Of a stretch of DNA of 50,362 nucleotides, positions 21,755-31,858 are shown piece by piece. The notes below the pieces were generated by a model. The model saw nothing but the letters and a program-made list of their open reading frames with translations. It was not told the origin of the DNA and ran no database searches. Numbering within the stretch: position 1 is the stretch's first letter; every line of letters starts with the position of its first letter. Where the stretch lies: the UHGV virus genome UHGV-0113347, one strand, 5' to 3'. The translations under genes were made by a program, and so were the position numbers. Origin of the DNA: a virus.

Positions 21755-22039
21755 GTGGCAAGTATTGCAACAAAAGACAGCATTTGTTCGGGGCACGGAG
21801 GATTCCCATCCAGGCCTCCTGTAGAGAGTGAACCACTACTTAAAGTCAACGGAGTCGAAGTGTTAGTTGATGGTAAGCAATATGCACAGCATACCGATGG
21901 AAACAGTACGCACGGTGGGCAAGCTATATCAACCAGGGCATGGTTTACCGTCAATGGTAAAGGGATCGTATGCGTTGGTGACCCTGTTTCATGCGGATCT
22001 ACCGTAGCGTCCGGAGACGGCCTGGTTCAGGTAAGTTAG
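21755..22039 (+). CDS. PAAR-repeat-like spike-tip protein
   Basis: ICSGHGG...VNGVEVLVDG...THGG...FTVNGKGIVCVGDPVSCGSTVASG shows the repeated PAAR-type pattern. Confidence 0.5.
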   Translation: MASIATKDSICSGHGGFPSRPPVESEPLLKVNGVEVLVDGKQYAQHTDGNSTHGGQAISTRAWFTVNGKGIVCVGDPVSCGSTVASGDGLVQVS

Positions 22040-22048
22040 GAGATATCA

Positions 22049-22836
22049 TGCTGGAAAAAGACTACCAGTTATCCGCATATAAAAAATTGGCCGCCGCCGG
22101 TGGGATGAAAACACCTGGTGCCATAACATCGGCACGAAACAGTGCTAACACAGCAAAACTGCTTGCAGAAGAATTGACCGGATTAATTCTGGATACAATT
22201 GTCTATCCCGACACTATTACCAGCTATATTTCAACGATCAGAACAACCACAACCGGCTTAACGAACATTGGAGAACTGGCAACTAAGCACGCGGACCTGT
22301 TGGCTGGTTATGCTGATCTGTCAATGCTCCTTCAACTCGATATTGGTTGGGATGTTTACTGTCGTGCTAATGAGCGAGAAGTATCAGAACTGCCGATCTC
22401 TATTGCCATTGGTGATGTGACTATTACTAAATCGCTTGAGGACGCTGTAAACGCGCTTAATACATCAAGTTTAGTCGCTGCTATGGGGGAGATTAACCAG
22501 ACCCTTAACACTGGCTCAGGAAGCTCGTCAGGCTCTGGTTCAGGCGGCGGCACTGCCACTCCCCCACCAGCACTAACAGAAGAGCAAATTGAATCTCTGA
22601 AAGTAGCAACTGAACAGTTTGGGGTTGTTTTCAACCAGACAACAGCGCCCACAACTGCGTTACAACAGCAGTATGAACGAGCGAATGAAAGCGCCAACGT
22701 AGCCATAACTGCTTATAACCATGCTATCGGTACCGCGCTTGCGGAAGCATCAGCAAATAAGGTCAGCACAGCCAGCGCAGTTGCCGCTTTGGTTCCTGAT
22801 TCTGTTCTTGATGAATTAAACAAAGCGGCACAGTAA
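22049..22836 (+). CDS. hypothetical protein with Gly/Ser-rich linker (262 aa)
   Basis: ATG at 22049 after AGGAG; central GSGSSSGSGSGGG linker. Confidence 0.45.
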
Positions 22837-22856
22837 CAAAGGACTTCATTGATAAT
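22837..22856 (+). promoter_or_regulatory. late-promoter-like element
   Basis: CAAAGGACT-tcatt-GATAAT upstream of the spanin-like pair. Confidence 0.4.
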
Positions 22857-22875
22857 TTTTCTTCAGGAGGAAGAC

Positions 22876-23298
22876 ATGTCATTCTTTTCTACGTTAAAAA
22901 CAGCTTTGTCTTTGAAGGAGAAACTTGCTGCTACTGGTGTTCTTGTTCTGATTTGCGCACTTGTTGGTGCTGGGTTTGCATGGGAACGTCATCAGCTAAA
23001 GCAAGCCATGGAGAAAATTGGCAGTCTTGATCAGGCTGTTAAGGAACGTGATAAGTCAATAATGGATCTTAACCAGACCATTGAGACGATGAACAAAGCA
23101 GAGCAACATTTTCACAGCCAGGAAGTGAAAAATGAATCAGAACAAGCCAAATATGCTGACAGGCAAATGGAACGAAAAGCTGAAGTTCAGAAACAACTGG
23201 TTGCGGCGGGTAATGTTCGCCAGCGCATTCCTGCTGACACTCAGCGGTTGCTCCGGGAGTCGATCAGCGAATTTAACGCCGACGCCGACAAAGGTTAA
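22876..23298 (+). CDS. putative i-spanin (Rz-like)
   Basis: ATG at 22876 after AGGAGG; N-terminal TM LAATGVLVLICALVGAGFAW then charged coiled-coil-like domain. Confidence 0.5.
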   Translation: MSFFSTLKTALSLKEKLAATGVLVLICALVGAGFAWERHQLKQAMEKIGSLDQAVKERDKSIMDLNQTIETMNKAEQHFHSQEVKNESEQAKYADRQMERKAEVQKQLVAAGNVRQRIPADTQRLLRESISEFNADADKG

Positions 23299-23464
23299 CC
23301 ACCCTGCCCCCAAAAGTGCATTTATGTGCAGAATGCCAGAGTTTAGCAGTGAATATTTTGATGATCTGCCAGCGTATATCCTCGATACAGAAACGATGCT
23401 GAAGGGGATTAACAGGAAGAATCGCAACGTTAATGATTACAACCGTGCTATCAGCGGTAACTAA
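23213..23464 (+). CDS. putative o-spanin (Rz1-like lipoprotein), overlapping the i-spanin gene in +1 frame
   Basis: Internal ATG at 23213 gives MFASAFLLTLSGC (lipobox) then Pro-containing periplasmic region; starts inside and extends beyond the i-spanin ORF. Confidence 0.45.
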   Translation: MFASAFLLTLSGCSGSRSANLTPTPTKVNHPAPKSAFMCRMPEFSSEYFDDLPAYILDTETMLKGINRKNRNVNDYNRAISGN

Positions 23465-23475
23465 AAGGAAAAACT

Positions 23476-23835
23476 ATGTCCGATATGGAAATTGAAAAAG
23501 AGATTCTGGCCAAAGGCAAAACAGCACCACGCCTGACTCCTGATCACATCGAGAGTGTGATTGCCGAAGAGCATTATTTCACAGCTTTTGACGGCATTCG
23601 CGCTGCGCACGAAGGCGTTCGTGAGGTGCTGTCTGTTCATCCCTCTACGCGTAGCCTGACCATCTGTGTCTTGGTGCTGTGCAATGGATTCATTGTTACC
23701 GGGGAAAGCGCCTGTGCCAGCCCTGAAAATTTCGACGCGGAGATTGGCCGTAAGGTGGCCCGTAAGAACGCCATTGAGAAAATCTGGCCGCTGGAAGGTT
23801 ATCTGCTGAAGCAAAAGCTCAGCGAGCAGATTTAA
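23476..23835 (+). CDS. conserved phage protein (Gp49-like family, function unknown)
   Basis: CVLVLCNGFIVTGESACASPENFDAEIGRKVARKNAIEKIW resembles a small conserved phage family from memory. Confidence 0.35.
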   Translation: MSDMEIEKEILAKGKTAPRLTPDHIESVIAEEHYFTAFDGIRAAHEGVREVLSVHPSTRSLTICVLVLCNGFIVTGESACASPENFDAEIGRKVARKNAIEKIWPLEGYLLKQKLSEQI

Positions 23836-23905
23836 TCAACTGTAGAAATCGTAATATCAACACTCATGACTTTACTTTGGCAGGAAGCCACTAAGGACAA
23901 ACAAC

Positions 23906-24307
23906 ATGTTTGCGGTTAAACAAGAAATAAACAACGCTACTTCTTTGTTCGAAATTGAGAGTATTACCGTTGGATATCCTGGGTCAGATCAATTTAAACA
24001 GGCGTTCGAGATTGCTGAAGAACTGGGTATCAAAACGCCTGATGCGATTGAATATATCCCTGTTGCGTACGAAGATGAGGAGATGACAAAGGCAATCGGG
24101 GAAGAGCAAACTTTGAGTACAGAGCGTAAGGATGTACAGCGGGATGACTGTATCGCCGTGATTTGCTCTGGGGTTGCTTCTGAAATGTTCCCCGACCTCC
24201 CTGCCATAGGAGGTGTTGGTTATCAATTCCTCTACAAAGGTGATACGTTACGCATCTATACAAGTAGTTTGTTGATCGAAGAAGTAGGTACGGAAAACGA
24301 CAACTAA
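23906..24307 (+). CDS. hypothetical protein (133 aa)
   Basis: ORF with upstream RBS; acidic. Confidence 0.4.
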   Translation: MFAVKQEINNATSLFEIESITVGYPGSDQFKQAFEIAEELGIKTPDAIEYIPVAYEDEEMTKAIGEEQTLSTERKDVQRDDCIAVICSGVASEMFPDLPAIGGVGYQFLYKGDTLRIYTSSLLIEEVGTENDN

Positions 24308-24356
24308 TTCGCTTCAACTCTTCACAGAAATCGGTCCTCAGTGGCCGGTTTTTCAC

Positions 24357-24374
24357 TTATCCACATTATCCACT
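24357..24374 (+). promoter_or_regulatory. two tandem DnaA boxes at plasmid origin
   Basis: TTATCCACA (exact consensus) followed by TTATCCACT. Confidence 0.7.
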
Positions 24375-24379
24375 GGGTA

Positions 24380-24434
24380 GATCCAATAATCAGGTCCATA
24401 CAGATCCCAATTAGATCCATATAGATCCCTGATC
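24380..24434. promoter_or_regulatory. cluster of five GATC (Dam) sites in heptamer-like repeats
   Basis: GATC at 24380, 24403, 24414, 24424, 24431, mostly within AGATCCA/AGATCCC heptamers. Confidence 0.65.
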
Positions 24435-24473
24435 GTTGCAGGCCGCGCCACGTCTGGCTTAGAAGTGTATCGC

Positions 24474-24577
24474 GATGTGTGCTGGAGGGAAAACGATGTG
24501 TGCTGGAGGGATAAAAATGTGTGCTGACGGGTTGCTAATGTGTGCTGGCGGGATATAGGATGTGTGCTGACGGGAAA
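24474..24577 (+). repeat. five 19-bp RepA iterons (incC-like, overlapping repA promoter)
   Basis: GATGTGTGCTGGAGGGAAA-type repeats at 24474, 24495, 24516, 24537, 24559 (21-22 bp period). Confidence 0.85.
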
Positions 24578-24633
24578 GCCTGGGTAGTTATCACCACTTA
24601 TAAAAACTATCCACACAATTCGGAAAAAGTAAT

Positions 24634-25494
24634 ATGAATCAATCATTTATCTCCGATATTCTTTACGCAGACATTGAAAGTAAGGCAAAAGAACTAACAG
24701 TTAATTCAAACAACACTGTGCAGCCTGTAGCGTTGATGCGCTTGGGGGTATTCGTGCCGAAGCCATCAAAGAGCAAAGGAGAAAGTAAAGAGATTGATGC
24801 CACCAAAGCGTTTTCCCAGCTGGAGATAGCTAAAGCCGAGGGTTACGATGATATTAAAATCACCGGTCCTCGACTCGATATGGATACTGATTTCAAAACG
24901 TGGATCGGTGTCATCTACGCGTTCAGCAAATACGGCTTGTCCTCAAACACCATCCAGTTATCGTTTCAGGAATTCGCTAAAGCCTGTGGTTTCCCCTCAA
25001 AACGTCTGGATGCGAAACTGCGTTTAACCATTCATGAATCACTTGGACGCTTGCGTAACAAGGGTATCGCTTTTAAGCGCGGAAAAGATGCTAAAGGCGG
25101 CTATCAGACTGGTCTGCTGAAGGTCGGGCGTTTTGATGCTGACCTTGATCTGATAGAGCTGGAGGCTGATTCGAAGTTGTGGGAGCTGTTCCAGCTTGAT
25201 TATCGCGTTCTGTTGCAACACCACGCCTTGCGTGCCCTTCCGAAGAAAGAAGCTGCACAAGCCATTTACACTTTCATCGAAAGCCTTCCGCAGAACCCGT
25301 TGCCGCTATCGTTCGCGCGAATCCGTGAGCGCCTGGCTTTGCAGTCAGCTGTTGGCGAGCAAAACCGTATCATTAAGAAAGCGATAGAACAGCTTAAAAC
25401 AATCGGCTATCTCGACTGTTCAATTGAGAAGAAAGGCCGGGAAAGTTTTGTAATCGTCCATTCTCGCAATCCAAAGCTGAAACTCCCCGAATAA
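24634..25494 (+). CDS. repA: plasmid replication initiator RepA
   Basis: 286-aa ORF flanked by iteron arrays; length and context match P1 RepA as I recall. Confidence 0.85.
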   Translation: MNQSFISDILYADIESKAKELTVNSNNTVQPVALMRLGVFVPKPSKSKGESKEIDATKAFSQLEIAKAEGYDDIKITGPRLDMDTDFKTWIGVIYAFSKYGLSSNTIQLSFQEFAKACGFPSKRLDAKLRLTIHESLGRLRNKGIAFKRGKDAKGGYQTGLLKVGRFDADLDLIELEADSKLWELFQLDYRVLLQHHALRALPKKEAAQAIYTFIESLPQNPLPLSFARIRERLALQSAVGEQNRIIKKAIEQLKTIGYLDCSIEKKGRESFVIVHSRNPKLKLPE

Positions 25495-25779
25495 GTGTGT
25501 GCTGGAGGGCAGCTGCATTCAAAAAATGTGTGCTGCCGGGAAGGCTTGTCCAATTTCCTGTTTTTGATGTGCGCTGGAGGGGGACGCCCCGCAGTTTGCC
25601 CAGACTTTCCCTCCAGCACACATCTGTCCATCAGTTTTTCCCTCCAGCGCACATGTAATTCTCTGTCTTTCCCTCCAGCACACATATTTGATACCAGCGA
25701 TCCCTCCACAGCACATAATTCAATGCGACTTCCCTCTATCGCACATCTTAGACTTTTATTCTCCCTCCAGCACACATCG
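25494..25779. repeat. nine RepA iterons downstream of repA (incA-like copy-control locus)
   Basis: Three in one orientation (25494, 25525, 25566), six in the opposite (25607, 25638, 25669, 25700, 25730, 25761). Confidence 0.85.
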
Positions 25780-26051
25780 AAGCTGCCGGGCAAGCCGTTC
25801 TCACCAGTTGATAGAGAGTGAAGCCTGGCTGCCCGTTGAAGCAGGAAATCACCAAAATGATTCAGGCTACAACCTGAACATAGAAGAAATCCGCGTCCTT
25901 TATACGTGGAGGATGCCAAAGCATGTTGTGACACACTTGGCAAAGGAGTAAACATGCAGAGAATGCTATGTACAAGCATCTACGCATACATTATTATTTT
26001 ATGCAGCATTTTTAATTAAATTCAAAAATACAGCATAAAGGATGACTTTCG

Positions 26052-27248
26052 ATGAGTGATTCCAGCCAGCTTCACAAGGTTGCTCAAAGAGCAAACAGAA
26101 TGCTCAATGTTCTGACTGAACAAGTACAGTTGCAAAAGGATGAGCTACACGCGAACGAGTTTTACCAGGTCTATGCGAAAGCGGCACTGGCAAAATTGCC
26201 TCTACTGACTCGAGCGAACGTTGACTATGCCGTAAGTGAAATGGAAGAAAAGGGCTATGTTTTCGATAAACGCCCTGCTGGCTCTTCAATGAAATATGCG
26301 ATGTCAATTCAGAACATCATTGACATATATGAACATCGCGGAGTGCCAAAATACCGGGATCGCTACAGCGAAGCGTATGTGATTTTCATCTCCAATCTTA
26401 AAGGCGGTGTGTCAAAAACTGTATCGACGGTTTCTCTGGCGCATGCAATGCGTGCCCACCCTCATCTTCTGATGGAAGATTTAAGGATTCTGGTTATTGA
26501 CCTTGATCCGCAATCTTCAGCAACGATGTTTTTAAGCCATAAACACTCTATTGGTATCGTAAACGCAACATCTGCACAGGCTATGTTGCAGAATGTAAGC
26601 CGTGAAGAGCTGTTAGAGGAGTTTATTGTTCCTTCTGTTGTACCTGGGGTTGACGTTATGCCTGCGTCGATTGACGATGCCTTTATTGCATCCGATTGGA
26701 GAGAGCTGTGCAATGAGCATCTACCGGGTCAGAACATCCATGCTGTCCTGAAAGAAAATGTGATTGATAAGCTGAAGAGCGATTATGACTTTATCCTCGT
26801 TGATAGTGGTCCTCACCTTGACGCCTTCCTGAAAAATGCTTTGGCCTCGGCCAATATACTGTTTACACCTCTGCCGCCAGCAACTGTCGATTTCCACTCA
26901 TCGCTTAAATACGTTGCCCGCCTTCCTGAGTTGGTGAAACTCATTTCGGATGAAGGCTGCGAGTGCCAGCTTGCGACTAACATTGGTTTTATGTCCAAGT
27001 TGAGTAACAAGGCAGATCATAAGTATTGCCATAGCTTGGCTAAAGAAGTGTTCGGTGGGGATATGCTCGATGTCGTCCTCCCTCGCCTTGACGGTTTTGA
27101 ACGTTGCGGCGAGTCTTTTGACACTGTTATTTCAGCTAACCCGGCAACGTATGTTGGTAGTGCTGATGCATTGAAGAACGCGCGAATTGCCGCGGAAGAT
27201 TTTGCTAAAGCAGTTTTTGACCGTATTGAATTTATCAGATCTAACTGA
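26052..27248 (+). CDS. parA: partition ATPase ParA
   Basis: 398 aa; Walker A NLKGGVSKTVSTVSLA; long N-terminal extension typical of type Ia ParA. Confidence 0.9.
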   Translation: MSDSSQLHKVAQRANRMLNVLTEQVQLQKDELHANEFYQVYAKAALAKLPLLTRANVDYAVSEMEEKGYVFDKRPAGSSMKYAMSIQNIIDIYEHRGVPKYRDRYSEAYVIFISNLKGGVSKTVSTVSLAHAMRAHPHLLMEDLRILVIDLDPQSSATMFLSHKHSIGIVNATSAQAMLQNVSREELLEEFIVPSVVPGVDVMPASIDDAFIASDWRELCNEHLPGQNIHAVLKENVIDKLKSDYDFILVDSGPHLDAFLKNALASANILFTPLPPATVDFHSSLKYVARLPELVKLISDEGCECQLATNIGFMSKLSNKADHKYCHSLAKEVFGGDMLDVVLPRLDGFERCGESFDTVISANPATYVGSADALKNARIAAEDFAKAVFDRIEFIRSN

Positions 27249-27264
27249 GGAGTAAGAAACCCCC

Positions 27265-28266
27265 ATGTCAAAGAAAAACAGACCAACAATTGGGCGAACC
27301 CTTAATCCTTCAATATTAAGCGGATTTGATAGTTCTTCAGCCTCTGGCGATCGAGTCGAGCAGGTATTCAAGTTATCAACTGGTCGCCAGGCCACATTTA
27401 TTGAAGAGGTAATACCTCCGAACCAGGTAGAAAGCGATACCTTTGTTGATCAGCATAACAACGGGCGTGACCAGGCATCTCTTACGCCAAAATCATTAAA
27501 AAGTATCCGAAGCACTATTAAGCATCAGCAATTTTACCCTGCAATAGGTGTTAGACGGGCTACAGGGAAAATTGAAATTTTGGATGGTTCCCGGCGTCGA
27601 GCTTCTGCCATCTTAGAGAACGTAGGGTTGCGGGTTTTAGTCACGGACCAGGAGATCAGCGTTCAGGAAGCGCAAAATTTAGCGAAAGACGTTCAGACAG
27701 CATTGCAGCACAGCATTCGAGAAATAGGTCTGCGTTTGATGCGAATGAAAAATGATGGGATGAGTCAGAAGGATATTGCAGCCAAGGAAGGGCTGTCTCA
27801 GGCGAAAGTCACGCGTGCTCTCCAGGCAGCGAGTGCTCCGGAAGAATTAGTCGCCCTTTTCCCTGTGCAGTCGGAATTAACCTTTTCGGACTACAAAACG
27901 CTTTGTGCTGTTGGCGACGAAATGGGGAACAAGAATTTAGAGTTTGATCAGCTTATTCAAAACATATCCCCGGAAATAAACGACATCTTATCCATTGAAG
28001 AAATGGCCGAAGATGAAGTTAAAAATAAAATCCTGCGCTTGATAACAAAGGAAGCCTCACTACTCACGGATAAAGGTTCTAAAGATAAGTCCGTAGTTAC
28101 TGAATTATGGAAATTTGAGGACAAGGATCGCTTTGCAAGGAAGCGCGTGAAAGGCCGTGCATTTTCTTATGAGTTTAATCGACTTTCAAAAGAGCTACAG
28201 GAAGAACTCGACAGGATGATTGGGCATATCCTTAGAAAGAGCCTCGATAAAAAGCCGAAGCCTTAA
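27265..28266 (+). CDS. parB: partition centromere-binding protein ParB
   Basis: 333 aa directly after parA and before a parS-like site. Confidence 0.8.
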   Translation: MSKKNRPTIGRTLNPSILSGFDSSSASGDRVEQVFKLSTGRQATFIEEVIPPNQVESDTFVDQHNNGRDQASLTPKSLKSIRSTIKHQQFYPAIGVRRATGKIEILDGSRRRASAILENVGLRVLVTDQEISVQEAQNLAKDVQTALQHSIREIGLRLMRMKNDGMSQKDIAAKEGLSQAKVTRALQAASAPEELVALFPVQSELTFSDYKTLCAVGDEMGNKNLEFDQLIQNISPEINDILSIEEMAEDEVKNKILRLITKEASLLTDKGSKDKSVVTELWKFEDKDRFARKRVKGRAFSYEFNRLSKELQEELDRMIGHILRKSLDKKPKP

Positions 28267-28270
28267 ACTT

Positions 28271-28353
28271 TCGCCATTCAAATTTCACTATTAACCTACT
28301 GTTTTTAAAGTAAATCACTCTAAAATTTCAAGGTGAAATCGCCACGATTTCAC
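28271..28353 (+). promoter_or_regulatory. parS-like centromere (hexamer/heptamer boxes around an AT-rich bend site)
   Basis: TCGCCA at 28271 and 28338; ATTTCAC at 28282 and 28347; inverted GTGAAAT at 28333; AT-rich tract between. Confidence 0.7.
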
Positions 28354-28421
28354 CTTGGATTTTACCTTCCTCCCCTACTCCCGAAAAAAAATAAAAAAAT
28401 TGCTTGTCACGAGAAAGTCAA

Positions 28422-28441
28422 CAAGTGACTTTCAATAAAAT
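28422..28441 (+). promoter_or_regulatory. late-promoter-like element
   Basis: CAAGTGACT-ttcaa-TAAAAT inside an 8-bp inverted repeat GAAAGTCA/TGACTTTC, ~50 bp before the structural gene. Confidence 0.5.
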
Positions 28442-28492
28442 CTCTTCCGAAAAGGGATTCACACAAGTGCCTTGTGTTTAAGGAAGAGTAAA

Positions 28493-30199
28493 TTGAGTAA
28501 CTTACGCGAATACCAGAATCGTATTGCAGATATCGCAAAACGCTCTAAAGCTGTGCTTGGCTGGGCAAGCACTGCGCAGTTCGGTACTGATAACCAATTC
28601 ATTAAAGATGATGCCGCGCGTGCCGCATCTATCCTTGAAGCTGCACGTAAAGACCCAATTTTTGCGGGTATCTCTGATAATGCCACCGCTCAAATCGCTA
28701 CAGCGTGGGCAAGTGCACTGGCTGACTACGCCGCAACACATAAATCTATGCCACGTCCGGAAATTCTGGCCTCCTGCCATCAGACGCTGGAAAACTGCCT
28801 GATTGAGTCCACCCGCAATAGCATGGACGCCACCAATAAAGCGATGCTGGAATCAGTCGCGGCAGAGATGATGAGTGTTTCTGACGGGGTTATGCGTCTG
28901 CCTTTATTCTTGGCGATGATCCTGCCTGTTCAGTTGGGGGCAGCTACCGCTGATGCGTGTACATTCATTCCGGTTACGCGTGACAAGTCCGAAATCTATG
29001 AAATCTTTAACGTAGCGGGTTCTTCTTTTGGCTCCTATGCTATTGGTGATGTTCTGGACATGCAATCCGTTGGCGTGTACAGCCAGTTGCGCCGCCGCTA
29101 TGTGCTGGTTGCAAGCTCCGACGGCACCAGCAAAACTGCAACCTTCAAGATGGAAGATGTCGAAGGTCAGAATGTCCCGATTCGCAAAGGTCGCACAAAC
29201 ATCTACGTTAACCGTATTAAGTCTGTTGTTGATAACGGCTCCGGTACTCTGCTTCACACATTCAATAACAAAGCAGGCGAACAAATCACTGTTACTTGCT
29301 CTTTGAATTACAACGTTGGTCAGATTGCCCTGTCGTTCTCCAAAGCGCCGGATAAAGGCACTGAGATCGCCATTGAGGCGGAGATCAATATAGAAGCAGC
29401 TCCTGAGCTGATCCCACTTATCAACCACGAAATGAAGAGTTACACCCTGTTCCCAAACCAGTTCGTCATCGCGGCTGAGCACACGGTACAGGCGGCGTAT
29501 GAAGCACAGCGTGAATTTGGTCTGGATCTTGGCTCCCTACAGTTCCGCACCCTGAAGGAATACCTGTCCCATGAGCAAGATATGCTTCGTCTTCGTATCA
29601 TGATTTGGCGAACTCTTGCGACCGACTCCTTTGATATTGCACTACCAGCTAACCAGACCTTTGATGTGTGGGCAACCATCATTCGAGGCAAATTCCAGAC
29701 GGTATATCGCGGTATTATTGAGCGTGTTAAATCTTCTGGTGCGATGGGGATGTATGCCGGTGCTGATGCGGCATCTTTCTTCAAACAATTGCCGAAGGAT
29801 TTCTTCCAGCCAGCAGAAGATTACATCCAGACCCCATACGTCCACTACATTGGCACTCTGTTCGGCAACGTCAAAGTGTTCGAAGTACCAGAAGGTATTT
29901 GTACGAACCTGACCGCCGACGGTATCCAGTTCAGCCCAATGGATGTGCTGTGCTACGTCCGTGATGAAAATCCGGGCAAAGCGGGCTTCGTAACTGGTGA
30001 TGCAGTCCCGGCTGTCCCATTCCAGCATCCGACCACCCCGGCACTAGTCAACCGAACCACTCTGTGGGGTTCGGCTATCAACGATATGCATCCACGCAAC
30101 GGTGCTGACTACTTCACCCGTGTAACTCTGACTATGGCAAAAAATGGCGGAATTAACTTCCTGACCGGTAACACGATTGATGCTGGTGACTCTGAGTAA
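28493..30199 (+). CDS. large late structural protein (candidate major head protein; unverified)
   Basis: TTG at 28493 with AAGGAAG RBS (track start TTG 28472); ~568 aa; downstream of late-promoter-like element. Confidence 0.5.
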   Translation: MSNLREYQNRIADIAKRSKAVLGWASTAQFGTDNQFIKDDAARAASILEAARKDPIFAGISDNATAQIATAWASALADYAATHKSMPRPEILASCHQTLENCLIESTRNSMDATNKAMLESVAAEMMSVSDGVMRLPLFLAMILPVQLGAATADACTFIPVTRDKSEIYEIFNVAGSSFGSYAIGDVLDMQSVGVYSQLRRRYVLVASSDGTSKTATFKMEDVEGQNVPIRKGRTNIYVNRIKSVVDNGSGTLLHTFNNKAGEQITVTCSLNYNVGQIALSFSKAPDKGTEIAIEAEINIEAAPELIPLINHEMKSYTLFPNQFVIAAEHTVQAAYEAQREFGLDLGSLQFRTLKEYLSHEQDMLRLRIMIWRTLATDSFDIALPANQTFDVWATIIRGKFQTVYRGIIERVKSSGAMGMYAGADAASFFKQLPKDFFQPAEDYIQTPYVHYIGTLFGNVKVFEVPEGICTNLTADGIQFSPMDVLCYVRDENPGKAGFVTGDAVPAVPFQHPTTPALVNRTTLWGSAINDMHPRNGADYFTRVTLTMAKNGGINFLTGNTIDAGDSE

Positions 30200-30225
30200 T
30201 CAGGGGAAGCTCTCCGTTTAACATA

Positions 30226-30244
30226 GCGCCCCCGCGCGGGGCGC
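30226..30244 (+). other. GC-rich stem-loop between two large late genes (no U-tract)
   Basis: gcgcccc-cgcgc-ggggcgc, 7 GC pairs, 15 nt before the next RBS. Confidence 0.4.
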
Positions 30245-30259
30245 ATAACAGGGAAAGTT

Positions 30260-31849
30260 ATGTCTCAATATTCAATTCAACAGTCATTAGGTAATGCATC
30301 CGGCGTCGCGGTTAGCCCGATCAATGCCGATGCGACGTTATCTACCGGTGTTGCATTAAATAGCAGCTTGTGGGCTGGTATTGGCGTATTTGCGCGTGGC
30401 AAGCCGTTTACTGTTCTTGCGGTTACTGAGTCCAATTACGAAGATGTTCTTGGCGAACCGCTGAAGCCGTCTTCCGGCTCACAGTTTGAACCAATTCGCC
30501 ATGTGTACGAAGCTATTCAGCAAACGTCTGGTTATGTTGTCCGTGCTGTTCCGGATGATGCGAAGTTCCCGATTATTATGTTCGATGAATCAGGCGAACC
30601 GGCTAACAGTGCGTTGCCATACGGTTCTGAAATTGAACTTGATAGCGGCGAAGCCTTTGCTATCTACGTTGATGATGGTGATCCGTGTATTTCACCTACC
30701 CGTGAGTTAACCATCGAAACGGCAACAGCGGACAGCGCGGGTAATGAACGCTTCCTCTTAAAACTGACCCAGACGACTTCGCTCGGTGTGGTAACGACCC
30801 TGGAGACACACACTGTGTCTTTGGCGGAAGAAGCGAAAGATGACATGGGCCGCTTGTGTTATCTGCCTACGGCTCTGGAAGCCCGTTCTAAATATCTGCG
30901 TGCGGTTGTTAATGAAGAGCTGATTTCTACAGCGAAAGTAACAAATAAAAAATCGGTGGCATTCACTGGCGGTACCAATGGCGATCAGTCGAAAATCTCA
31001 ACCGCTGCTTACCTGCGTGCGGTTAAAGTGCTGAATAATGCGCCGTACATGTACACCGCTGTTCTTGGCCTGGGCTGCTATGACAATGCGGCTATCACCG
31101 CATTAGGTAAAATCTGTGCAGATCGCCTGATTGATGGCTTCTTTGATGTCAAACCGACATTAAGGTACGCAGAAGCACTAACAGCTGTTGAGGGTACCGG
31201 TTTACTTGGTACCGATTATGTAAGCTGTTCTGTCTATCACTACCCGTTCTCCTGCAAAGACAAATGGACCCAATCCCGTGTGGTCTTCGGTCTGTCTGGC
31301 GCGGCGTATGCGGCGAAAGCTCGTGGCGTCAAGAAAAACTCTGATGTCGGCGGTTGGCATTACTCACCGGCTGGTGAAGAACGTGCCGTCATTGCTCGTG
31401 CGTCAATTCAACCGCTGTATCCGGAAGATACCCCGGACGAAGAAGCAATGGTCAAGGGCCGTCTCAATAAAGTATCTGTTGGCACCTCTGGCCAGATGAT
31501 CATCGACGATGCTTTAACTTGCTGCACGCAGGATAACTATCTGCACTTCCAGCACGTCCCATCCCTGATGAATGCAATCAGTCGTTTCTTTGTCCAGTTA
31601 GCCCGACAGATGAAGCATAGCCCGGACGGTATTACTGCGGCTGGCCTGACTAAAGGGATGACCAAACTTTTAGATCGCTTTGTCGCCTCCGGCGCTCTGG
31701 TGGCTCCTCGTGATCCCGATGCTGACGGTACAGAACCGTATGTGCTGAAAGTTACGCAGGCGGAATTCGATAAATGGGAAGTAGTCTGGGCCTGCTGCCC
31801 GACTGGCGTAGCCCGTCGTATCCAGGGCGTACCGCTGCTTATTAAGTAA
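30260..31849 (+). CDS. large late structural protein (candidate tail sheath; unverified)
   Basis: 529-aa ORF with RBS AGGGAAAG; identity by position and size only. Confidence 0.45.
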   Translation: MSQYSIQQSLGNASGVAVSPINADATLSTGVALNSSLWAGIGVFARGKPFTVLAVTESNYEDVLGEPLKPSSGSQFEPIRHVYEAIQQTSGYVVRAVPDDAKFPIIMFDESGEPANSALPYGSEIELDSGEAFAIYVDDGDPCISPTRELTIETATADSAGNERFLLKLTQTTSLGVVTTLETHTVSLAEEAKDDMGRLCYLPTALEARSKYLRAVVNEELISTAKVTNKKSVAFTGGTNGDQSKISTAAYLRAVKVLNNAPYMYTAVLGLGCYDNAAITALGKICADRLIDGFFDVKPTLRYAEALTAVEGTGLLGTDYVSCSVYHYPFSCKDKWTQSRVVFGLSGAAYAAKARGVKKNSDVGGWHYSPAGEERAVIARASIQPLYPEDTPDEEAMVKGRLNKVSVGTSGQMIIDDALTCCTQDNYLHFQHVPSLMNAISRFFVQLARQMKHSPDGITAAGLTKGMTKLLDRFVASGALVAPRDPDADGTEPYVLKVTQAEFDKWEVVWACCPTGVARRIQGVPLLIK

Positions 31850-31858
31850 GGGAATACA

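Noticed and set aside
24474-25779. CRISPR array
   Set aside because: Repeats are 19 bp with irregular short spacers, occur in both orientations and bracket a 286-aa initiator gene; this is plasmid iteron architecture. No cas genes in the window.
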